Both the position numbers and the translations under genes were made by a program. A stretch of 64,000 bases of DNA, taken from assembly GCA_051362555.1 (NCBI GenBank), contig CM120647.1:10516651-10580650 (forward strand), in the 5' to 3' direction. Shown one piece after another: positions 52,001-64,000 of the stretch. How positions within the stretch are numbered: the first letter of the stretch is position 1; each line of letters starts with the position of its first letter. This DNA comes from Lingula anatina (lineage: Eukaryota; Animalia; Brachiopoda). Below the pieces are notes generated by a model, which was not told the DNA's origin, did no database searches, and saw only the letters and a list, made by a program, of their open reading frames with translations.

Positions 52001-55000
52001 GAAATTGGGGGCTTTAATGAAGTGACCCGGGCGCGTTTCCACATTTTTTATGAATGTCAGGTGTGGTAAATTAATTTTCATCACTTTTTGGAAAAATTGG
52101 TGACGGGTCATTTTTGGGTGATTTTGAGAGATTTTCGTAAGGTCCGGATATGGCAGTTTTCTTCAATTTTGGCCAGGTAGGGATGAAAAATTTTTTTCTT
52201 CAATATTGTGTCAGGTAGGTGTGTTTGGTCATTTGTAGTGAGGGTAAAGTGCTGGAAGAGTGATTGTGTCATTATTTAGGAAGAAATAGAGCAAAAACTC
52301 TCTCCACCCCCCCTCTCTCCAAATCCTGTTCTCAGGTGTGCTTTCTGGCAATCTTTAAAGCTGAAATTGGGGGCTTTAATGAAGTGACCCGGGCGCGTTT
52401 CCACATTTTTTATGAATGTCAGGTGTGGTAAATTAATTTTCATCACTTTTTGGAAAAATTGGTGACGGGTCATTTTTGGGTGATTTTGAGAGATTTTCGT
52501 AAGGTCCGGATATGGCAGTTTTCTTCAATTTTGGCCAGGTAGGGATGAAAAATTTTTTTCTTCAATATTGTGTCAGGTAGGTGTGTTTGGTCATTTGTAG
52601 TGAGGGTAAAGTGCTGGAAGAGTGATTGTGTCATTATTTAGGAAGAAATAGAGCAAAAACTCTCTCCACCCCCCCTCTCTCCAAATCCTGTTCTCAGGTG
52701 TGCTTTCTGGCAATCTTTAAAGCTGAAATTGGGGGCTTTAATGAAGTGACCCGGGCGCGTTTCCACATTTTTTTTTGAATGTCAGGTGTGGTAAATTAAT
52801 TTTCATCACTTTTTGGAAAAATTGGTGACGGGTCATTTTTGGGTGATTTGGAGAGATTTTCGTAAGGTCCGGATATGGCAGTTTTCTTCAATTTTGGCCA
52901 GGTAGGGATGAAAAATTTTTTTCTTCAATATTGTGTCAGGTAGGTGTGTTTGGTCATTTGTAGTGAGGGTAAAGTGCTGGAAGAGTGATTGTGTCATTAT
53001 TTAGGAAGAAATAGAGCAAAAACTCTCTCCACCCCCCCTCTCTCCAAATCCATGTTCTCAGGTGTGCTTTCTGGCAATCTTTAAAGCTGAAATTGGGGGC
53101 TTTAATGAAGTGACCCGGGCGCGTTTCCACATTTTTTTTTGAATGTCAGGTGTGGTAAATTAATTTTCATCACTTTTTGGAAAAATTGGTGACGGGTCAT
53201 TTTTGGGTGATTTTGAGAGATTTTCGTAAGGTCCGGATATGGCAGTTTTCTTCAATTTTGGCCAGGTAGGGATGAAAAATTTTTTTCTTCAATATTGTGT
53301 CAGGTAGGTGTGTTTGGTCATTTGTAGTGAGGGTAAAGTGCTGGAAGAGTGATTGTGTCATTATTTAGGAAGAAATAGAGCAAAAACTCTCTCCACCCCC
53401 CCTCTCTCCAAATCCTGTTCTCAGGTGTGCTTTCTGGCAATCTTTAAAGCTGAAATTGGGGGCTTTAATGAAGTGACCCGGGTGCGTTTCCACATTTTTT
53501 ATGAATGTCAGGTGTGGTAAATTAATTTTCATCACTTTTTGGAAAAATTGGTGACGGGTCATTTTTGGGTGATTTTGAGAGATTTTCGTAAGGTCCGGAT
53601 ATGGCAGTTTTCTTCAATTTTGGCCAGGTAGGGATGAAAAATTTTTTTCTTCAATATTGTGTCAGGTAGGTGTGTTTGGTCATTTGTAGTGAGGGTAAAG
53701 TGCTGGAAGAGTGATTGTGTCATTATTTAGGAAGAAATAGAGCAAAAACTCTCTCCACCCCCCCTCTCTCCAAATCCTGTTCTCAGGTGTGCTTTCTGGC
53801 AATCTTTAAAGCTGAAATTGGGGGCTTTAATGAAGTGACCCGGGCGCGTTTCCACATTTTTTATGAATGTCAGGTGTGGTAAATTAATTTTCATCACTTT
53901 TTGGAAAAATTGGTGACGGGTCATTTTTGGGTGATTTTGAGAGATTTTCGTAAGGTCCGGATATGGCAGTTTTCTTCAATTTTGGCCAGGTAGGGATGAA
54001 AAATTTTTTTCTTCAATATTGTGTCAGGTAGGTGTGTTTGGTCATTTGTAGTGAGGGTAAAGTGCTGGAAGAGTGATTGTGTCATTATTTAGGAAGAAAT
54101 AGAGCAAAAACTCTCTCCACCCCCCCTCTCTCCAAATCCTGTTCTCAGGTGTGCTTTCTGGCAATCTTTAAAGCTGAAATTGGGGGCTTTAATGATGTGA
54201 CCCGGGCGCGTTTCCACATTTTTTTTTGAATGTCAGGTGTGGTAAATTAATTTTCATCACTTTTTGGAAAAATTGGTGACGGGTCATTTTTGGGTGATTT
54301 TGAGAGATTTTCGTAAGGTCCGGATATGGCAGTTTTCTTCAATTTTGGCCAGGTAGGGATGAAAAATTTTTTTCTTCAATATTGTGTCAGGTAGGTGTGT
54401 TTGGTCATTTGTAGTGAGGGTAAAGTGCTGGAAGAGTGATTGTGTCATTATTTAGGAAGAAATAGAGCAAAAACTCTCTCCACCCCCCCTCTCTCCAAAT
54501 CCTGTTCTCAGGTGTGCTTTCTGGCAATCTTTAAAGCTGAAATTGGGGGCTTTAATGAAGTGACCCGGGCGCGTTTCCACATTTTTTATGAATGTCAGGT
54601 GTGGTAAATTAATTTTCATCACTTTTTGGAAAAATTGGTGACGGGTCATTTTTGGGTGATTTTGAGAGATTTTCGTAAGGTCCGGATATGGCAGTTTTCT
54701 TCAATTTTGGCCAGGTAGGGATGAAAAATTTTTTTCTTCAATATTGTGTCAGGTAGGTGTGTTTGGTCATTTGTAGTGAGGGTAAAGTGCTGGAAGAGTG
54801 ATTGTGTCATTATTTAGGAAGAAATAGAGCAAAAACTCTCTCCACCCCCCCTCTCTCCAAATCCTGTTCTCAGGTGTGCTTTCTGGCAATCTTTAAAGCT
54901 GAAATTGGGGGCTTTAATGAAGTGACCCGGGCGCGTTTCCACATTTTTTATGAATGTCAGGTGTGGTAAATTAATTTTCATCACTTTTAGGAAAAATTGG

Positions 55001-57699
55001 TGACGGGTCATTTTTGGGTGATTTTGAGAGATTTTCGTAAGGTCCGGATATGGCAGTTTTCTTCAATTTTGGCCAGGTAGGGATGAAAAATTTTTTTCTT
55101 CAATATTGTGTCAGGTAGGTGTGTTTGGTCATTTGTAGTGAGGGTAAAGTGCTGGAAGAGTGATTGTGTCATTATTTAGGAAGAAATAGAGCAAAAACTC
55201 TCTCCACCCCCCCTCTCTCCAAATCCTGTTCTCAGGTGTGCTTTCTGGCAATCTTTAAAGCTGAAATTGGGGGCTTTAATGAAGTGACCCGGGCGCGTTT
55301 CCACATTTTTTATGAATGTCAGGTGTGGTAAATTATTTTTCATCACTTTTTGGAAAAATTGGTGACGGGTCATTTTTGGGTGATTTTGAGAGATTTTCGT
55401 AAGGTCCGGATATGGCAGTTTTCTTCAATTTTGGCCAGGTAGGGATGAAAAATTTTTTTCTTCAATATTGTGTCAGGTAGGTGTGTTTGGTCATTTGTAG
55501 TGAGGGTAAAGTGCTGGAAGAGTGATTGTGTCATTATTTAGGAAGAAATAGAGCAAAAACTCTCTCCACCCCCCCTCTCTCCAAATCCTGTTCTCAGGTG
55601 TGCTTTCTGGCAATCTTTAAAGCTGAAATTGGGGGCTTTAATGAAGTGACCCCGGCGCGTTTCCACATTTTTTATGAATGTCAGGTGTGGTAAATTAATT
55701 TTCATCACTTTTTGGAAAAATTGGTGACGGGTCATTTTTGGGTGATTTTGAGAGATTTTCGTAAGGTCCGGATATGGCAGTTTTCTTCAATTTTGGCCAG
55801 GTAGGGATGAAAAATTTTTTTCTTCAATATTGTGTCAGGTAGGTGTGTTTGGTCATTTGTAGTGAGGGTAAAGTGCTGGAAGAGTGATTGTGTCATTATT
55901 TAGGAAGAAATAGAGCAAAAACTCTCTCCACCCCCCCTCTCTCCAAATCCTGTTCTCAGGTGTGCTTTCTGGCAATCTTTAAAGCTGAAATTGGGGGCTT
56001 TAATGAAGTGACCCGGGCGCGTTTCCACATTTTTTATGAATGTCAGGTGTGGTAAATTAATTTTCATCACTTTTTGGAAAAATTGGTGACGGGTCATTTT
56101 TGGGTGATTTTGAGAGATTTTCGTAAGGTCCGGATATGGCAGTTTTCTTCAATTTTGGCCAGGTAGGGATGAAAAATTTTTTTCTTCAATATTGTGTCAG
56201 GTAGGTGTGTTTGGTCATTTGTAGTGAGGGTAAAGTGCTGGAAGAGTGATTGTGTCATTATTTAGGAAGAAATAGAGCAAAAACTCTCTCCACCCCCCCT
56301 CTCTCCAAATCCTGTTCTCAGGTGTGCTTTCTGGCAATCTTTAAAGCTGAAATTGGGGGCTTTAATGAAGTGACCCGGGCGCGTTTCCACATTTTTTATG
56401 AATGTCAGGTGTGGTAAATTAATTTTCATCACTTTTTGGAAAAATTGGTGACGGGTCATTTTTGGGTGATTTTGAGAGATTTTCGTAAGGTCCGGATATG
56501 GCAGTTTTCTTCAATTTTGGCCAGGTAGGGATGAAAAATTTTTTTCTTCAATATTGTGTCAGGTAGGTGTGTTTGGTCATTTGTAGTGAGGGTAAAGTGC
56601 TGGAAGAGTGATTGTGTCATTATTTAGGAAGAAATAGAGCAAAAACTCTCTCCACCCCCCCTCTCTCCAAATCCTGTTCTCAGGTGTGCTTTCTGGCAAT
56701 CTTTAAAGCTGAAATTGGGGGCTTTAATGATGTGACCCGGGCGCGTTTCCACATTTTTTTTTTTGAATGTCAGGTGTGGTAAATTAATTTTCATCACTTT
56801 TTGGAAAAATTGGTGACGGGTCATTTTTGGGTGATTTTGAGAGATTTTCGTAAGGTCCGGATATGGCAGTTTTCTTCAATTTTGGCCAGGTAGGGATGAA
56901 AAATTTTTTTCTTCAATATTGTGTCAAGTAGGTGTGTTTGGTCATTTGTAGTGAGGGTAAAGTGCTGGAAGAGTGATTGTGTCATTATTTAGGAAGAAAT
57001 AGAGCAAAAACTCTCTCCACCCCCCCTCTCTCCAAATCCTGTTCTCAGGTGTGCTTTCTGGCAATCTTTAAAGCTGAAATTGGGGGCTTTAATGAAGTGA
57101 CCCGGGCACGTTTCCACATTTTTTATGAATGTCAGGTGTGGTAAATTAATTTTCATCACTTTTTGGAAAAATTGGTGACGGGTCATTTTTGGGTGATTTT
57201 GAGAGATTTTCGTAAGGTCCGGATATGGCAGTTTTCTTCAATTTTGGCCAGGTAGGGATGAAAAATTTTTTTCTTCAATATTGTGTCAGGTAGGTGTGTT
57301 TGGTCATTTGTAGTGAGGGTAAAGTGCTGGAAGAGTGATTGTGTCATTATTTAGGAAGAAATAGAGCAAAAACTCTCTCCACCCCCCCTCTCTCCAAATC
57401 CTGTTCTCAGGTGTGCTTTCTGGCAATCTTTAAAGCTGAAATTGGGGGCTTTAATGAAGTGACCCGGGCGCGTTTCCACATTTTTTATGAATGTCAGGTG
57501 TGGTAAATTAATTTTCATCACTTTTTGGAAAAATTGGTGACGGGTCATTTTTGGGTGATTTTGAGAGATTTTCGTAAGGTCCGGATATGGCAGTTTTCTT
57601 CAATTTTGGCCAGGTAGGGATGAAAAATTTTTTTCTTCAATATTGTGTCAGGTAGGTGTGTTTGGTCATTTGTAGTGAGGGTAAAGTGCTGGAAGAGTG

Positions 57700-60600
57700 A
57701 TTGTGTCATTATTTAGGAAGAAATAGAGCAAAAACTCTCTCCACCGCCCCTCTCTCCAAATCCTGTTCTCAGGTGTGCTTTCTGGCAATCTTTAAAGCTG
57801 AAATTGGGGGCTTTAATGAAGTGACCCGGGCGCGTTTCCACATTTTTTATGAATGTCAGGTGTGGTAAATTAATTTTCATCACTTTTTGGAAAAATTGGT
57901 GACGGGTCATTTTTGGGTGATTTTGAGAGATTTTCGTAAGGTCCGGATATGGCAGTTTTCTTCAATTTTGGCCAGGTAGGGATGAAAAATTTTTTTCTTC
58001 AATATTGTGTCAGGTAGGTGTGTTTGGTCATTTGTAGTGAGGGTAAAGTGCTGGAAGAGTGATTGTGTCATTATTTAGGAAGAAATAGAGCAAAAACTCT
58101 CTCCACCCCCCCTCTCTCCAAATCCTGTTCTCAGGTGTGCTTTCTGGCAATCTTTAAAGCTGAAATTGGGGGCTTTAATGAAGTGACCCGGGCGCGTTTC
58201 CACATTTTTTATGAATGTCAGGTGTGGTAAATTAATTTTCATCACTTTTTGGAAAAATTGGTGACGGGTCATTTTTGGGTGATTTTGAGAGATTTTCGTA
58301 AGGTCCGGATATGGCAGTTTTCTTCAATTTTGGCCAGGTAGGGATGAAAAATTTTTTTCTTCAATATTGTGTCAGGTAGGTGTGTTTGGTCATTTGTAGT
58401 GAGGGTAAAGTGCTGGAAGAGTGATTGTGTCATTATTTAGGAAGAAATAGAGCAAAAACTCTCTCCACCCCCCCTCTCTCCAAATCCTGTTCTCAGGTGT
58501 GCTTTCTGGCAATCTTTAAAGCTGAAATTGGGGGCTTTAATGAAGTGACCCGGGCGCGTTTCCACATTTTTTATGAATGTCAGGTGTGGTAAATTAATTT
58601 TCATCACTTTTTAGAAAAATTGGTGACGGGTCATTTTTGGGTGATTTTGAGAGATTTTCGTAAGGTCCGGATATGGCAGTTTTCTTCAATTTTGGCCAGG
58701 TAGGGATGAAAAATTTTTTTCTTCAATATTGTGTCAGGTAGGTGTGTTTGGTCATTTGTAGTGAGGGTAAAGTGCTGGAAGAGTGATTGTGTCATTATTT
58801 AGGAAGAAATAGAGCAAAAACTCTCTCCACCCCCCCTCTCTCCAAATCCTGTTCTCAGGTGTGCTTTCTGGCAATCTTTAAAGCTGAAATTGGGGGCTTT
58901 AATGAAGTGACCCGGGGGCGTTTCCACATTTTTTATGAATGTCAGGTGTGGTAAATTAATTTTCATCACTTTTTGGAAAAATTGGTGACGGGTCATTTTT
59001 GGGTGATTTTGAGAGATTTTCGTAAGGTCCGGATATGGCAGTTTTCTTCAATTTTGGCCAGGTAGGGATGAAAAATTTTTTTCTTCAATATTGTGTCAGG
59101 TAGGTGTGTTTGGTCATTTGTAGTGAGGGTAAAGTGCTGGAAGAGTGATTGTGTCATTATTTAGGAAGAAATAGAGCAAAAACTCTCTCCACCCCCCCTC
59201 TCTCCAAATCCTGTTCTCAGGTGTGCTTTCTGGCAATCTTTAAAGCTGAAATTGGGGGCTTTAATGAAGTGACCCGGGCGCGTTTCCACATTTTTTATGA
59301 ATGTCAGGTGTGGTAAATTAATTTTCATCACTTTTTGGAAAAATTGGTGACGGGTCATTTTTGGGTGATTTTGAGAGATTTTCGTAAGGTCCGGATATGG
59401 CAGTTTTCTTCAATTTTGGCCAGGTAGGGATGAAAAATTTTTTTCTTCAATATTGTGTCAGGTAGGTGTGTTTGGTCATTTGTAGTGAGGGTAAAGTGCT
59501 GGAAGAGTGATTGTGTCATTATTTAGGAAGAAATAGAGCAAAAACTCTCTCCACCCCCCCTCTCTCCAAATCCTGTTCTCAGGTGTGCTTTCTGGCAATC
59601 TTTAAAGCTGAAATTGGGGGCTTTAATGAAGTGACCCGGGCGCGTTTCCACATTTTTTATGAATGTCAGGTGTGGTAAATTAATTTTCATCACTTTTTGG
59701 AAAAATTGGTGACGGGTCATTTTTGGGTGATTTTGAGAGATTTTCGTAAGGTCCGGATATGGCAGTTTTCTTCAATTTTGGCCAGGTAGGGATGAAAAAT
59801 TTTTTTTCTTCAATATTTTGTCAGGTAGGTGTGTTTGGTCATTTGTAGTGAGGGTAAAGTGCTGGAAGAGTGATTGTGTCATTATTTAGGAAGAAATAGA
59901 GCAAAAACTCTCTCCACCGCCCCTCTCTCCAAATCCTGTTCTCAGGTGTGCTTTCTGGCAATCTTTAAAGCTGAAATTGGGGGCTTTAATGAAGTGACCC
60001 GGGCGCGTTTCCACATTTTTTATGAATGTCAGGTGTGGTAAATTAATTTTCATCACTTTTTGGAAAAATTGGTGACGGGTCATTTTTGGGTGATTTTGAG
60101 AGATTTTCGTAAGGTCCGGATATGGCAGTTTTCTTCAATTTTGGCCAGGTAGGGATGAAAAATTTTTTTCTTCAATATTGTGTCAGGTAGGTGTGTTTGG
60201 TCATTTGTAGTGAGGGTAAAGTGCTGGAAGAGTGATTGTGTCATTATTTAGGAAGAAATAGAGCAAAAACTCTCTCCACCCCCCCTCTCTCCAAATCCTG
60301 TTCTCAGGTGTGCTTTCTGGCAATCTTTAAAGCTGAAATTGGGGGCTTTAATGAAGTGACCCGGGCGCGTTTCCACATTTTTTATGAATGTCAGGTGTGG
60401 TAAATTAATTTTCATCACTTTTTGGAAAAATTGGTGACGGGTCATTTTTGGGTGATTTTGAGAGATTTTCGTAAGGTCCGGATATGGCAGTTTTCTTCAA
60501 TTTTGGCCAGGTAGGGATGAAAAATTTTTTTCTTCAATATTGTGTCAGGTAGGTGTGTTTGGTCATTTGTAGTGAGGGTAAAGTGCTGGAAGAGTGATTG

Positions 60601-62045
60601 TGTCATTATTTAGGAAGAAATAGAGCAAAAACTCTCTCCACCCCCCCTCTCTCCAAATCCTGTTCTCAGGTGTGCTTTCTGGCAATCTTTAAAGCTGAAA
60701 TTGGGGGCTTTAATGAAGTGACCCGGGCGCGTTTCCACATTTTTTATGAATGTCAGGTGTGGTAAATTAATTTTCATCACTTTTTAGAAAAATTGGTGAC
60801 GGGTCATTTTTGGGTGATTTTGAGAGATTTTCGTAAGGTCCGGATATGGCAGTTTTCTTCAATTTTGGCCAGGTAGGGATGAAAAATTTTTTTCTTCAAT
60901 ATTGTGTCAGGTAGGTGTGTTTGGTCATTTGTAGTGAGGGTAAAGTGCTGGAAGAGTGATTGTGTCATTATTTAGGAAGAAATAGAGCAAAAACTCTCTC
61001 CACCCCCCCTCTCTCCAAATCCTGTTCTCAGGTGTGCTTTCTGGCAATCTTTAAAGCTGAAATTGGGGGCTTTAATGAAGTGACCCGGGGGCGTTTCCAC
61101 ATTTTTTATGAATGTCAGGTGTGGTAAATTAATTTTCATCACTTTTTGGAAAAATTGGTGACGGGTCATTTTTGGGTGATTTTGAGAGATTTTCGTAAGG
61201 TCCGGATATGGCAGTTTTCTTCAATTTTGGCCAGGTAGGGATGAAAAATTTTTTTCTTCAATATTGTGTCAGGTAGGTGTGTTTGGTCATTTGTAGTGAG
61301 GGTAAAGTGCTGGAAGAGTGATTGTGTCATTATTTAGGAAGAAATAGAGCAAAAACTCTCTCCACCCCCCCTCTCTCCAAATCCTGTTCTCAGGTGTGCT
61401 TTCTGGCAATCTTTAAAGCTGAAATTGGGGGCTTTAATGAAGTGACCCGGGCGCGTTTCCACATTTTTTATGAATGTCAGGTGTGGTAAATTAATTTTCA
61501 TCACTTTTTGGAAAAATTGGTGACGGGTCATTTTTGGGTGATTTTGAGAGATTTTCGTAAGGTCCGGATATGGCAGTTTTCTTCAATTTTGGCCAGGTAG
61601 GGATGAAAAATTTTTTTCTTCAATATTGTGTCAGGTAGGTGTGTTTGGTCATTTGTAGTGAGGGTAAAGTGCTGGAAGAGTGATTGTGTCATTATTTAGG
61701 AAGAAATAGAGCAAAAACTCTCTCCACCCCCCCTCTCTCCAAATCCTGTTCTCAGGTGTGCTTTCTGGCAATCTTTAAAGCTGAAATTGGGGGCTTTAAT
61801 GAAGTGACCCGGGCGCGTTTCCACATTTTTTATGAATGTCAGGTGTGGTAAATTAATTTTCATCACTTTTTGGAAAAATTGGTGACGGGTCATTTTTGGG
61901 TGATTTTGAGAGATTTTCGTAAGGTCCGGATATGGCAGTTTTCTTCAATTTTGGCCAGGTAGGGATGAAAAATTTTTTTTCTTCAATATTTTGTCAGGTA
62001 GGTGTGTTTGGTCATTTGTAGTGAGGGTAAAGTGCTGGAAGAGTG
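57700..62045 (+). repeat. Tandem duplication of a 6-monomer (2173-bp) block, two copies; boundaries approximate
   Basis: Four private substitutions recur at exactly +2173: 57746/59919, 58613/60786, 58917/61090 and 59818/61991. A T8 run is also shared. Confidence 0.95.
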
Positions 62046-64000
62046 ATTGTGTCATTATTTAGGAAGAAATAGAGCAAAAACTCTCTCCACCCCCCCTCTC
62101 TCCAAATCCTGTTCTCAGGTGTGCTTTCTGGCAATCTTTAAAGCTGAAATTGGGGGCTTTAATGAAGTGACCCGGGCGCGTTTCCACATTTTTTATGAAT
62201 GTCAGGTGTGGTAAATTAATTTTCATCACTTTTTGGAAAAATTGGTGACGGGTCATTTTTGGGTGATTTTGAGAGATTTTCGTAAGGTCCGGATATGGCA
62301 GTTTTCTTCAATTTTGGCCAGGTGGGGATGAAAAATTTTTTTCTTCAATATTGTGTCAAGTAGGTGTGTTTGGTCATTTGTAGTGAGGGTAAAGTGCTGG
62401 AAGAGTGATTGTGTCATTATTTAGGAAGAAATAGAGCAAAAACTCTCTCCACCCCCCCTCTCTCCAAATCCTGTTCTCAGGTGTGCTTTCTGGCAATCTT
62501 TAAAGCTGAAATTGGGGGCTTTAATGAAGTGACCCGGGCACGTTTCCACATTTTTTATGAATGTCAGGTGTGGTAAATTAATTTTCATCACTTTTTGGAA
62601 AAATTGGTGACGGGTCATTTTTGGGTGATTTTGAGAGATTTTCGTAAGGTCCGGATATGGCAGTTTTCTTCAATTTTGGCCAGGTAGGGATGAAAAATTT
62701 TTTTCTTCAATATTGTGTCAGGTAGGTGTGTTTGGTCATTTGTAGTGAGGGTAAAGTGCTGGAAGAGTGATTGTGTCATTATTTAGGAAGAAATAGAGCA
62801 AAAACTCTCTCCACCCCCCCCTCTCTCCAAATCCTGTTCTCAGGTGTGCTTTCTGGCAATCTTTAAAGCTGAAATTGGGGGCTTTAATGAAGTGACCCGG
62901 GCGCGTTTCCACATTTTTTATGAATGTCAGGTGTGGTAACTTAATTTTCATCACTTTTTGGAAAAATTGGTGACGGGTCATTTTTGGGTGATTTTGAGAG
63001 ATTTTCGTAAGGTCCGGATATGGCAGTTTTCTTCAGTTTTGGCCAGGTAGGGATGAAAAATTTTTTTCTTCAATATTGTGTCAGGTAGGTGTGTTTGGTC
63101 ATTTGTAGTGAGGGTAAAGTGCTGGAAGAGTGATTGTGTCATTATTTAGGAAGAAATAGAGCAAAAACTCTCTCCACCCCCCCTCTCTCCAAATCCTGTT
63201 CTCAGGTGTGCTTTCTGGCAATCTTTAAAGCTGAAATTGGGGGCTTTAATGAAGTGACCCGGGCGCGTTTCCACATTTTTTATGAATGTCAGGTGTGGTA
63301 ACTTAATTTTCATCACTTTTTGGAAAAATTGGTGACGGGTCATTTTTGGGTGATTTTGAGAGATTTTCGTAAGGTCCGGATATGGCAGTTTTCTTCAATT
63401 TTGGCCAGGTAGGGATGAAAAATTTTTTTCTTCAATATTGTGTCAGGTAGGTGTGTTTGGTCATTTGTAGTGAGGGTAAAGTGCTGGAAGAGTGATTGTG
63501 TCATTATTTAGGAAGAAATAGAGCAAAAACTCTCTCCACCCCCCCTCTCTCCAAATCCTGTTCTCAGGTGTGCTTTCTGGCAATCTTTAAAGCTGAAATT
63601 GGTGGCTTTAATGAAGTGACCCGGGCGCGTTTCCACATTTTTTATGAATGTCAGGTGTGGTAAATTAATTTTCATCACTTTTTGGAAAAATTGGTGACGG
63701 GTCATTTTTGGGTGATTTTGAGAGATTTTCGTAAGGTCCGGATATGGCAGTTTTCTTCAATTTTGGCCAGGTAGGGATGAAAAATTTTTTTCTTCAATAT
63801 TGTGTCAGGTAGGTGTGTTTGGTCATTTGTAGTGAGGGTAAAGTGCTGGAAGAGTGATTGTGTCATTATTTAGGAAGAAATAGAGCAAAAACTCTCTCCA
63901 CCCCCCCTCTCTCCAAATCCTGTTCTCAGGTGTGCTTTCTGGCAATCTTTAAAGCTGAAATTGGGGGCTTTAATGAAGTGACCCGGGCGCGTTTCCACAT

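Larger units (their letters stand above)
1..64000. repeat. Tandem satellite DNA array, 362-bp monomer, ~177 head-to-tail copies, open at both window ends (putative centromeric/pericentromeric)
   Basis: Bases 1-362 recur at 363, 725 and onward. ORF-track starts step by exactly 362 over long runs (150, 512, 874 ...). Same orientation throughout and no foreign sequence seen. The centromeric label is inference only. Confidence 0.99.

Noticed and set aside
150-63705. Repeated 65-aa minus-strand ORF (MTRHQFFQKV...) as a multicopy gene
   Set aside because: It has no recognisable domain and is built from homopolymer-derived codons. Copies freely acquire frameshifts, stops (51366, 58613, 60786) and missense changes. 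A short open frame is expected by chance in a 362-bp unit.
1-64000. CRISPR array or other repeat-spacer system
   Set aside because: There are no unique spacers: the entire 362-bp unit repeats, and no cas or other genes are present.

Overview
The whole 64-kb window is one uninterrupted head-to-tail tandem satellite array: about 177 copies of a 362-bp monomer (about 40% GC by hand count, strongly G/T-skewed on the + strand), all in one orientation. I see no genes, RNA genes, transposon insertions or inversions. The ORF track only reflects a chance 65-codon open frame inside the monomer. Length, homogeneity and variant patterns fit a eukaryotic centromeric or pericentromeric satellite, but I cannot assign an organism or a named family. 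The information is in the variants: (i) essentially invariant blocks at 1-6.1 kb and 8.7-12.4 kb; (ii) a 10-monomer variant subfamily block at 12.4-15.7 kb; (iii) indel-rich, probably low-accuracy tracts at 6.1-8.7 kb and 13.5-25.9 kb; (iv) a substitution-dominated domain at 26-64 kb with incipient higher-order repeats (a 2,2,3,3,3-monomer marker series and an exact 6-monomer duplication) and recurrent CpG transitions suggesting methylation. The monomer carries an internal ~37-bp duplication, several dyad symmetries, phased T-tracts and repeated CAGGT motifs. I found no evidence for a novel protein-coding system. All variant calls were made by eye.
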